From Octopus sinensis (Eukaryota): a DNA stretch of 64,000 nucleotides. The translations under genes were made by a program, and so were the position numbers. The stretch is from positions 31,372,001-31,436,000 of the forward strand of contig NC_043015.1 in the NCBI RefSeq assembly GCF_006345805.1. Reading direction: 5' to 3'. Shown in pieces: positions 1 through 11,500 of the stretch (its first letter is position 1; each line of letters begins with the position of its first letter). The notes beneath the pieces were generated by a model. That model had not been told where the DNA came from. It searched no databases and saw nothing but the letters and a program-made list of their open reading frames with translations.

Positions 1-362
1 AGTTCTCAGGTGCACCACAACTTGTCAGAAAGTGCATATAAAGTGTATGCAGTAATGTACAAATGTCTGGAAAGCGAATAATGTATGAGTCAGATACATG
101 CTTGCGAGTGTATGGAGGGGAGGAAATCAGGTGTAGTGTTGACGAATCTCAGGAAGCATGGAAGTTTTGAAGGATGCAGGGCTGTGACAACTAACAACTG
201 ATGCCGGCAGTTTGTTCCATGCTCCAGCAACTCTCAGCGTGAAAAAATGTTTCCTGAAGTCATGGAAGCTGTGCTGCTTTCTGACTTTGTAAATATGTCC
301 ACGGGTGGAGTTTGAAAAGGTGCTCAGAGTTATTGTTCGTAAGATGGTTGATAATTTTACTG
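1..362 (-). mobile_element. CR1-clade LINE 3' end
   Basis: Minus ORF TRGHIYKV...RKHFFTLRVAGAWNKLPASVV...FK is the typical CR1 ORF2 C-terminus. Confidence 0.8.
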
Positions 363-377
363 CTCTTACAAAGTGAA

Positions 378-715
378 GGCGCATGGCTCAGTGGTTAGAG
401 CGTCGAGCTTACGATCATGAGGTTGTTAGCTTGAATCCCGGACCGGGCTGCGTGTTGTGTTCTTGAGCAAGGCACTTTATTTCACGTTGCTCCAGTTCAC
501 TCAGCTGTAGAAATGAGTTGCGACGTCACTGGTGCCAAGCTGTATCGACCTTTGTCTTTCCCTTGGATAACACTGGTGGCATGGAGAGGGGAGGCTGGTA
601 TGCATGGGCGACTGCTGGTCTTCCATAAACAACCTTGCCCGGACTTGTGTCTAGGAGGGTAACTTTCTAGGTGCAATCCCATGGTCATTCATGACCGAAG
701 GGGGTCTTTACCCCT
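378..715 (+). mobile_element. tRNA-derived SINE
   Basis: A-box TGGCTCAGTGG and degenerate B-box (cttgaatcc), followed by a SINE body. Confidence 0.75.
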
Positions 716-2850
716 TTTACAAAGAATAAGTCCTGGGGTCAATTTGCTCGACTAATGGTGGTGCTGCAGTCATAATGACTGAAAATCCTAAGTTTGATTT
801 TATTACTATAATTATCCCAAATGGCAACTGGCAAATATTTTGCCTCATTTCAAGATAAGGTACATTAATTTGAATTAATTTAAATATAGATATAATTAGT
901 ACCAGATTTTATTCTTTCGGTAAATATTTCGTACCTCAGTGTGGAATAATTTTTTCCAGGTTTTTCGGGTGCATTGGATATGTCTAACCTCCAAACCTGC
1001 CACAAGCCACTTTTTCCTGGAAAAGAAGGGTAGGAGGGGTGGTGACGACCTTGAAGTTTCCCACCAAGGGAGTTTTGTTTCGCAGTTCTTTTTGCCTTTT
1101 CTGGGTTATTTTGCATGCCTTTAATGAGTGTGGCATTGAAATCACATGTAAACAGCTCCTTTTTTCAGAAAAGGACAGATTTTGGCTGCTATTTCTAGCA
1201 TGCCCTGCTATCACGTAACAGCTATTTGTGTTCACACCGAAATATTTACCAACTTTTCCTTCCGTTTATTTTTCCACTTTATGGAAATCCATGTTTTCTC
1301 TGACATCCAGCTCAGCGAGGTCGTGGGTCAAGGGGAAACACGTCAATCACTGTTACCTCTTGACAGGACAAAGAAATTTCCTGCTGTCTTTGTAAGCAAC
1401 AAGTGGGTGGATTTAGTTTCAAATTTTGCCTATCATGGACTTTGTTGTCAAATTTCTTAATTTTTATTTAAGGAACATTTGGCTGCTATTTACAAGAGGT
1501 CAAGCAATAATGCTAAATGATTACACACTGAGGTGAGTGATGTAAATTTCTGGCAAATTAAGTGATTTGATTTCAGTCCTCACTTAGAGCAATTTCACTT
1601 CTTCTTACAACATTCACCCGGAGTGGGTTGAGCTGGCTTCATTCATCCTCAATGCTGCATCTCTCACAAACGCCAACCAGGCCTGGCAATTTGAGACTAA
1701 CGACCGCGTGATCAACTACTCATTCCAGCGGCAAACACCGTAGATATGGGAGCCTAGGTTGGGTTCACTTCACTTATATATTAATAATTTCTTTGGGAAA
1801 AGCATAAATGTTACATCACATTTTCTGCAGTTTACATATATCATCTTTGCACCTAGTCGAAAAGAAAACTATTTCACACAAGTAATGTTGACGACTTCAG
1901 TTAAGTTTGTATATCATAGGAAACCAAAAGCACTAATGTTTCGAGTAAAGCTCTTTATCAGTTATGACTTTGCTACTCGGGAACGGGAGATAGCAACAAA
2001 ATATCTGATAAATAAAAGAGATACAGATGCCTTCAATTTTTCAGGAACCAAATTCCCCAAGTTTGAATTGGCTTGATTAAATAAACATAGATAATTAGTA
2101 TCTACAAATTTATCGTGATATCTAAGAGAGATAACACAAAATTTTTTCTTATTTTATTTATCTCTGCTCAGTGTCTACAACAAAGATATATTACTAGAAT
2201 GCGTGACAAACGATAGGAAAACATACTATCTAAAACAGGTGTGGTGTGATTCCTCTGAAATTAAAGTGTGGACTTTGGTTTCATAGATATGGGCCTTCTA
2301 TAGAGAATATCTATAGAAGTAAATGCAGGGAAAAGCAAGTTAGATCAATATATAAAGCATATTAAATACACAAAATACAAAAAATGTATATATGAGGGCA
2401 GCTGCATTGAACTCTCTCATGCACCAAATGGCAGTTGCTAAAAAGCATTCGTGAAGTAAAACCATGTAGCAACACCAAATGGCGGTGCCCCAGCATGGCC
2501 ACAGCTCGTGAGCTGAAACTACAATCAATCAATCATATGATCTTTGAACGTCTTTCCGTGAAGACAGAGGCTCATCTCGTCCTATGATGGATTCAATCTA
2601 CAAACATTATGGACCGCCAAGCCCTCAGAAAAAGCTGTTGGATTTGTAATACAGTTCCTCAACTCCTTTCATTCTATATATCATTTATATTCTGTGTAAG
2701 TTGGACCTTTTTTATATGTATACATATATACATTTTTGGTTTGGATGTAGCCTGATGAACCTGATGGTTGGGTCTCTTTTGGAGATGATCACCACCAACA
2801 TTTATGACATCAATAACAGGATGGAGGAGTCCTGTGGGCTGGTATCACAA

Positions 2851-3083
2851 GGCGGCGAGCTGGCAGAACCGTTAGCACACCGGGCGAAATGCTTAGCGTA
2901 TTTCGTCTGCGTTACATTGTGAGTTCAAATTCCGCCGAGGTCGACTTTGCCTTTCATCCTTTCGGGGTCGATAAATGTAGTACCAGTTACACACTGGGGT
3001 CGATGTAATCGACTTAATACCTATGTCTGTCCTTGTTTGTCCCCTCCATGTTTAGCCCCTTGTGGGTAATAAAGAAATAGGTA
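2851..3083 (+). mobile_element. tRNA-derived SINE (GGCGGCGAGCTGGCAGA family)
   Basis: Pol III-type head and gagttcaaattcc B-box. An inverted copy lies at about 4730-4958. Confidence 0.75.
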
Positions 3084-3089
3084 TCATTA

Positions 3090-3500
3090 GGGACAGACTT
3101 ACGTGGCCCAGTCAGGGTGCCTAAAGAGGTTAAAGTGACCACAGCCACCTACAACAATCTCCAGAAGGAGGCCTTGGATCTCTGGCTAGATGACATACTG
3201 CTGTCACTTCTAAGGAATCTCGTATTCTTGCATGACAATGCTCACTCCCACTCTGCTACGACCACCCAAACATTCCTAGGGTCTTCTGGCATACAATATG
3301 AAAGGTTGATGGTGTGGCCGCTAGCATCTCCAGATTTCAACCCTATTGAAAATCTTTGGTCCATCATTATAAACAAGATGTTTTCATGCTGATGGATGCA
3401 GCAGAAGCAGTCCAACTTGCTACTATTAAGAAATTGACAGGTTCCATGACTTCTAGGGTTTTTGAAGTTATCCATAGAAATGGCACTCATGTGGCTAAAT
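3090..3500 (+). mobile_element. Tc1-like transposase remnant
   Basis: FLHDNAHSH...WPLASPDFNPIENLW and downstream LTGSMTSRVFEVI, which are Tc1 DD34E catalytic and C-terminal motifs. Confidence 0.85.
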
Positions 3501-3829
3501 AATTCATTATGTCAATGAATGTTTTAATATTATTATGGTTTTCTGTTAAATATATACTCAATGTATACTTAATATGTATCATTACCCTTCATGTTCTGAA
3601 AAAACAAAAACTGTAGAGATGGGCTATTTTCATTCAAACGCTATTAGCATGGTTCACCCCAAAACTGAAGAATCTGAAATAAAAAGAGAAAGGATGTTAC
3701 ACAGAATAATGGAAACATAACAGTAACAATGGTGTTGCCAAACACAAACCAACTGAGAAATGTTTTATTAAAATCAATTCACAGAAAACCAAGAAATCCT
3801 AAATTTCACTCCTAAGCTATTAGCATGGT

Positions 3830-4072
3830 TCTGGGTACCGGTGGCACATAAAAAGCACCATCCGAACGTGGCCGCTGCCAGCCTCCCCTGGCACGTAAAT
3901 AGCACCCACTACACTCACGGAGTGGTTGACGTTAGGAAGGGCATCCAGCTGTAGAAACACTGCCAGATCAAACTGGAGCCTGGTGCAGCCTCCTGGCTTC
4001 GCAGACCCAGGTCGAACTGCCCAACCCATGCTAGCACGGAAAGCGGACGTTAAACGATGACGATGATGATAT
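3830..4072 (+). mobile_element. Abundant non-autonomous retroposon/RTE-tail repeat ending in (GAT)n
   Basis: ggcacgtaaa...gcacccactacactc...ttaaacgatgatgatg. Further copies at about 5617-5940 (+), 7168-7470 (-), 27340-27530 (-), 43070-43250 (+) and 61500-61900 (-). Confidence 0.75.
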
Positions 4073-4729
4073 ATATATATCAGAGTCAACAACTATTGAA
4101 GTGGTTGCAAGATGCAGCGAAAATTTTAGGAAAAATAAATAAGTAAATGAGTGGAAATCAAACTGGTGAGTGTGTTAAGTAATAAGACTCTGAAAGAGAA
4201 TGACCCTCCCAAGACACAATGACATATATATATACATATACATACATACATACACACAATTGTAAATATATCAGATGTATATATACTGAATATACTGGAA
4301 ATTGAAGTGAAAGAAACTTTCAGCAGAAGACAGGAAGGATGAAAGGAGTGTTTAACACTAATTGTTAAAAGCTCATCATTGTGAGATCCGTAGGACTTCC
4401 AGAAGTGGTGTGATGATGTACTGAAGACTTATCCAACTCTCACAGCATGGAAAAGCAAAATGATTATGATATTAATTTGTATATATATACATACACACAC
4501 ACACGTCTATATGTATGTTTAGAGCATTGCCCATGAATTCATAAGAGATGGACTGTAGACAAGGATGTTTATTGCAGACTAATCATCAAACTGGTTGGCA
4601 GATGATGATGATATATATATATATGTCCTATCCATCAAGGAGGTAGCAGAGATGTTACAAATTATAAGCTTGTTTCTCTAACCTCCCATTTCAGCAAAGT
4701 ATAGGAGCACATCGTTGGGAGGAAACTTA

Positions 4730-4958
4730 TTGCATTCTTATTTCTTTACTGCCCACAAGGGGCTAAACACAGAGGGGCGAACAAGGACACACAAATGGAT
4801 GAAGTCAATTATATTGACCCCAGTACGTGACTGGTACTTATTTAATCGACCCCGAAAGGATGAAAGGCAAAGTCGACCTTGGCGGAATTTGAACTCAGAA
4901 CATAAATACCGCTAATGCATTTTGCCCTGCATGCTAACACTTCTGCCAGCCCGCCGCC
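4730..4958 (-). mobile_element. tRNA-derived SINE, inverted copy of the 2851 family
   Basis: Reverse complement of 2851-3083. Confidence 0.75.
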
Positions 4959-4961
4959 TTA

Positions 4962-5160
4962 TTGCATTCTTGGAAGATGACTTGCTCCTTGACACTGAGC
5001 ATGGCTTCCACTCAGGAAGAAGTTGCCTTATACATTTTCTGCAGCATTATGACTGGGTGTTAAAATAACTAATGAATCGCTCAGACAGAGATCTGACATA
5101 TCTTGATTTTGCAAAAGCCTTTGATAAGGTTGATCACGGGATGATATGTCACAAGCTACA
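4962..5160 (+). mobile_element. LINE reverse-transcriptase fragment (CR1/L2-like)
   Basis: Translates as EHGFHSGRSCLIH...LDFAKAFDKVDHG, with a stop codon. Confidence 0.8.
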
Positions 5161-6289
5161 GAGACGCAGCATAGTCAGACGTTTTCAAGAAACAGCTTGG
5201 CCTGCTCCTGTCCAAAGTCCCAGATGAACTTACAGCACAGCAGGAAACTCAAAAGAGGGTAGTAATGTCAAACTCCGTCCTTCGCCAAAAGCCAACTACA
5301 TAAGAATCATCATCAGCATTTAACATGTTGTCAAACTGCACCAGATTCCAGTCTGATTTGGCATGGTTTCTATAGTTAGATGCCCTTCCTAATGCCAACC
5401 ACTCTGAGAGTGCAATGGGTGCTTTTATGTGCCATTTGTATGATACTGGTATCTACCATGACTGTGATTTTGTTTGGCTTGATGGGTCTTCTCAAGCACA
5501 GCATAATGCCAAGGGTCTCAGTCATTGCCTCTCTGACGCCCAACACCTGAAAGGAACTCAGCCACTTTACCTCATATATGTGTGTGTGTATATATATAGA
5601 TAGATAGATATGCCGGAGGTTGAAAATGTCTTTACGCAATGTGCCGGTGGCACGTAAAAAGCACCATCTGATCGTGGCTGTTGCCAGCTTCGCCTGGCCT
5701 CCGTGCTGGTGGCACGTAAAGAGCACCATCCAATTGTGGCCATTTGCCAGCCTCGTCTGGCATGTAAAAAGCACCCACTACACTCGTGGAGTGGTTGGCG
5801 TTAGGAAGGGCATCCAACCGTAGAAACATTGCCAGATCAGACTGGGCCTGGTGCAGCCTCCTGGCTTCCCAGACCCCAGTTGCACCGTCCAACCCATACC
5901 AGCATGGAAAGCAGACGCTAAACGATGATGATCATGATGATTATGAAATACTTAGAAGAGGTGGCAACTAAGTTTTTGTTGCATATTAATATTGTTATTA
6001 AAGTTCTTTTGATGATGATAATAGTTTTATTAATGAGATGCTTTTGTTTCAGGCCACAGTTAATGTTGTTTTTTCTGTTTCTGACAATGACTACTCCGCA
6101 TGAAAAGGCACAATGTGTGTCTTGGTTTACTGAAGCACAGTCAGATTTTCAAGCACAAAGTAATCACACAGTTGGATAATGGAGAACAAGCTGTGGCATG
6201 TCAGTCGATTCGAAACTGGCATCAGCAATTTATGGAAACAGGGACAATGCCACATAAACCGAGGACTGGAAGGTAAACAACATCTAGTG

Positions 6290-6590
6290 GAGGCACATGG
6301 CCTAGTGGTTAGAGCAGCGGATTCACAGTCGAGGGATTGCGGGTTCGCATCTCAGACTGGGTGATGTGTGTGATTATGAGAGAAACAATTAAGCTCCACG
6401 CGGTTCCGGCAGAAGGTAATGGCAAACCTCTGCTGACTCTTTCGCCACAACTTTCTCTCACTCTTTCCTCCTGCATCTTGCAGCTCGCTTGCGACAGACC
6501 AGCGTCCCGTCCAGATGGGTAACCTATACGCCAAGGAAACTGCCCTTATGAGCCAGGCATGGCTTGAGAAGGAACAAACAAACAAAGAAC
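6290..6590 (+). mobile_element. tRNA-derived SINE
   Basis: TGGCCTAGTGG A-box and GGTTCGCATC B-box; same head recurs near 59240. Confidence 0.7.
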
Positions 6591-9500
6591 ATCTGAAGAA
6601 GATACTGGGCATTTTGGTCAGTCATTTCAACATTCCATCCAGGATTTTCTATAAACTTCCATCTTACAGTTTTCAAAATAAGAGGAATTTCCACAGGTAC
6701 TGTTAGTGAAAATAAAAGAATTTCCAGTATAAGAAGTACATGTACATTTTTCAATGTTTTGTAAATAACATTGATATAAGTTTGTAAATGTAGTACCATT
6801 GGCTTTGGTTAAATTTTTATAATTACAATTCAACTCTCTAGTAGACTAGTAAAACAAGTTCTAAATTAAAAATTTTTAAGGCACAAATGCCTACAAGGTC
6901 TATCACTGTGATGTCTTAGCTTTGAGATTTTGATGAAGTGATTGTTTATTTTTAGAATGACATTATAGGGTAGGTGTGAGAGACCAGATCTGGCCAGTTA
7001 GAACATAAAGCAGAATATCTGGGCCTAATGTGGCCGGTTTAGAGCTAAAGGGTTAAACAAAATGTGTGAGGTCTCTGATAATTCATGAATGGTTTTGACC
7101 AGATACACTGTTCTCTATAATTAATAAATCGTTAGTCACTTTTTACTAGTTTAATAAATATTGATCATCATCATAGTTTAACGTCCGCTTTCCATGCTAG
7201 CATGGGTTGGACGATTTTGACTGAGGGCTGGCGAACCAGATTGCTGCACCAGGCTTCAATCTTGATCTGGCAGAGTTTCTACAGCTGGATGCATTTCCTA
7301 ACGCCAACCACTCCAAGAGTGTAGTGGGTGCTTTTACGTGCCACCAGTACAGGGCCAGTCAGGTGGTACTGGCAATGACCTCGCTCGAATCTTTTACACA
7401 TGCCACCAGCACAGGTGCCAGTAAGGCAATGCTGGTAACAATCATGCTTGAATGGTGTCTTTTACGTGCCACAAGCAAATAAGAACCAAAGTACTGTGGT
7501 TGATATAATAACCTACTGCAGAACTTGTCCAAAGATATTGCACTTGTCCAAAGACTGAAACAAGAAAAAGAATAAAACTATATCTATTCCTTATGAGACA
7601 TCAAAAATGAATTAGCAGAATTGTTTATAGCATGCCTGATAGAATGTCCTGCTGTATTTTAAGCCAGCTTTTTACTCGTGTTCAAATACCACCAGGGTTA
7701 ACTTTGCTTATCTTCAAGGGTTGATATAATCGACCACACATTCACCTCTGCCCTCAAAATTGCTGGCCTTGTGCATAAAAATTTGAAACAATAAGAACTG
7801 AGGCCTAGCTTGAATTCTTGCAATTTAGTGAACTCTGCTGAAGACATAGAGATGATGTTCAACCAAGTTATATCAATCAGTAAGTTAGTCACCAATTCAC
7901 TAAAGAAACCAGGAAACAGGATATCCCTGATCAGAATAAAATATTTTTTATCAACTCTTGATTTCATTTCCAGAAATAACTTGCAGCCTGCTCACTTCTA
8001 AAATAGATTTGAAAAAAAAAAATCAAAATTAAAATACCTAAAATTACCAAGATTAGACCTGTTAGCCCTCATTTTATACCCAGCTGTGTAACGTAACAAC
8101 TGTTGATTCCATATCCAGATCTATTGACCTTTATATCTGCATGTAACAAAGGTCTGTTGACTGCTTTTACATTAAAGTACACGACTAAAATCTTTTCATC
8201 CTAATTTTATTATTAGTTGTATTATGTAACAAGTTCTAATAATGTTCACTATATATCTAAAGGTACTGTAACAAGATCCGTTAACTCTAAAATAACAAGA
8301 TCTGTTAACTATTACTTTGATATTAGTAGTATCAGGTAACAAAATCTGTTAACCTTTACTTTAACACCGTGTTTTATGATGTTAAAATGTTGAACTTTCT
8401 CTTTGTTATCTACATATATACCAAGTGTGTAGAGTCACTTTGCATTCTTAATTCAGCCAAGCTTAAAATTAAAATTTAACCTTATGCAGTTTACAGTGGG
8501 GAAGAGTTAATTAATAATAATAATAATAATAAAATAAAGCTTGTGAAATACCAATATCCTTCCTTAATTGCTAAATCTTATGGCAAACTCCGACGGCTCC
8601 ATCATCAGTGTTGCTTCATAAACTTCATTTAAAATGTGAATACAGTCCAGAACAGAAAACAATGGCTGGATTCCTAAAGTAGGTGTGAACTCTGACGAAG
8701 ACATCGTTTCCTAAATAGTAAAAACCCAAGAAAAACGTAAAAAAAAAACTAATACATTTTTGGTAAAAATACTTTAATCGAAGACATGTATCGACGCCGT
8801 TTCACCTCATCTCAGCACCGAATGAAAGAGATCGCTGATCAAAAGCGTTTCGGCATTGACTATACACTCTTTTTTTTATTTTTCTCCTTCCTTTGAGGCA
8901 TCGTGTCAAGACTTGATGTATTTTCTTTTAGATTGTTTTTAACGAAAACTGGTCGCTGTTTCTAATAGATCAACATGTTGCTACTTAACATGAGGAAGTC
9001 GTAGAAACCAGCGTGTTCATGTTAGACATCGAACAGACACTATTCAACGGTTGATTTTAATATATATAATATATATATATATATAGATACCCGGATATAT
9101 ATATATATATATAGATAGATAGATACCCGGATATATATACACACTTTACACACCCGGCCTTGCTAAAGGGATTTTTCTCACCAAAATGCAACTTCCTTTT
9201 TACGTCACACATTCTACTTCAAAACCTTGGAACAAATAAAGTTCACACCACTTTCAATTAAGCAACCAAACCAGATGAATTTTTTTCACCTATTTTCTTT
9301 TTTTCACTCTTTTAAGTTCTTCCGCTGAATTTCAGGTTAATTAATTTATAGTCTTAGATAGATAAAAGAAACTGAAACCAGAGATGATGACTCGTTTAGT
9401 TAGTGGCAGCCACCAACTTTCCATGCGCTTTCAATATTAAATGTGTCCAACTTCACATGTGTAAAATGATTCGGCAATGAAAGAAATCCATTGTTCGTTT

Positions 9501-10589
9501 ATTCATTTAGAAACATTTTAGAAGCAGATTCAATTTCTTGATTAAATAAAATATAGTAAGTTTAAATTAATTCGACACCACACTTTTCTACACTGCAGAG
9601 TAGTAGTAGCAAAGTACAAGAACTTTTCCCATTGTTTGGTCTCTAAGTCTGAATAACTGTTCTGATTTCAATTAATTACCCTTAAACACTATTCTGGTAC
9701 AATACTGGACACTATAATTAAGTGGTTGTAATTACAAGACATGTAAGAAGCAGAGAAAGGCGCCTAGTCGAAGAGACAGGCATAATTCTATGTAGGATTC
9801 TTTCGTTAATTGTGAGAATTTCCAGGGCAAATGACTGCAGAAATTAGAAAAAGGAAGAGAAAAATCCGGTGGAAATGAATGATGGAACAATTCGTTGTTT
9901 GCCAGACGGGTTTATTGATACAAATACCACTTTAGACAATTTTTGAAGTAGCATACATACCAAATTCCACTGGCTTTAAATGTCCTTTTTCTAACACCAG
10001 AAAATATAGGAAATAAAATTAAAAATTAAATGGATATATAACAAAGAAAAAAATATATCGAGGAGTTTGGGAATTAAAAAAAATATATATATTTGGTGTG
10101 AAAATATTTAGTTTGGATTTATGGGTGAATAGAAAAGAAAAGAAATACTGCTGGAAGAGATGAGAGGAGTTTGGCTAATGATGAAGAAGAAGCGAATACG
10201 TCTGAATGTTGGTTGGCACACACACACATATATATGTGTGTGTGTGTGCATGTATATATGTATGTATGTATATGGGTGTGTGTATGTAAATATATATGTG
10301 TATGTATGTGTATGTATATATGTGTGTGTATGTGTATGTATATATATATGTGTTTGTGTGTATATATATAAGTGTGTGTGTATGTATATATATATGTGTG
10401 TTTATATATATATGTGTGTGTATATATGTATGTATGTAAAGAAGAATGAGCGGCAATGTAAGAGTGGACGTTGCTTGGCGGAGGTTTCAGTGAAGAGGAA
10501 GCAGCTGTGGTTAAACTGATGGGCAGAAAGATGAAAGAGGGAAGATGAGAATAATAAATAATAATAATAATAATAAAACAAGAGTCGAG

Positions 10590-10760
10590 GAAAGAAAGAG
10601 AGAGAGAGAGAGAAGAAAAGAAGAAACCCCCCCCCCAGAAGAAAAAAGAGAAAGGCATGAAGGAAGGAAAGAAGGAGGGAGGGAGGAAAGAAAGAAAGAG
10701 AGAGAGAGAAAAAAAGAAAAAAGAGAAAGGAAGTAAGGAAGGAGGGAGGGAGGCGAAAGG
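10590..10760. repeat. Polypurine (GA/GAAG) tract
   Basis: Almost purely A/G for about 170 bp, apart from a short C run near 10627-10636. Confidence 0.9.
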
Positions 10761-10789
10761 GTGAACTGTTTAGTTTTATGACGTTAATA

Positions 10790-11500
10790 TCTTTCTATAA
10801 TTAGACGAAAGTGCGTAGATCTTCACTGCGCAGGTCGAGTGAACCATCCACTGCCCATGCGTAATGCCGTCATAATGAAAATTAAAGCTAGCAACTTTGC
10901 TTTCCGAACTCGGTTTCGACAAAAAAAATTATCTTTATTAATTTCCAAAACTAATTATTTCGGTAGTTACATTCGTTGCAATAAATTTTAATTGTTGTGT
11001 GTTTTTTGAGAATTTTTTTTCCGGGTCTGTTTTTTTAACGATCGTAAAACGAGTTTCTGTAGTAAAAAAAAAAATCTCGATCGTTCGTCGCGGCGGGAGG
11101 GGGAGGGGGTTATTTAATATACGAAAGTCGCGGCTGCGAAACCAGAGTAGAACTCTGTTCTAATCCACGTGTGGCAAGTCAAGAAGGCTACCAGCGGGTC
11201 CTTTATACTCGAAGTTGATAATATGGGGTAAGTATGGTACATTCTGGCATATTCTAAGCGTTTTTAGCATCTTAAGAACTCCAATAACCAAGTTGGGTAA
11301 CATTTAGTTGGTGTTGTGACGGTGAAACGTCGGTGGATGTGGCTTTTTTGTTCGCTCTCTCTCTCTTCATCTTCCGACTCGGTGTAGTCGGAGTGTCTGC
11401 TTCCACTCAGGTTTTGCTATGGCCGCCATCTCACTCCAACTCCATCTCCTTCACTCGAACACTTCACTCCGCCTGCTTTGAGAAAACCATTCCGCAACCC
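10790..11500 (+). promoter_or_regulatory. Probable eIF4A promoter / first-exon region
   Basis: Locally CpG-rich. AT-rich TATA-like ttatttaatata near 11110, E-box CACGTG at 11166-11171, pyrimidine tract near 11350, YY1-like GGCCGCCATCT near 11424. The TSS is not determinable. Confidence 0.55.
11223..11227 (+). CDS. EIF4A: eIF4A putative first coding micro-exon (ATG GG)
   Basis: ATGGG is followed by the consensus donor gtaagt at 11228. Phase 2 joins the next exon to give M-G-S-M-D-E-N. It lies in CpG-rich promoter-like DNA. Confidence 0.55.
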
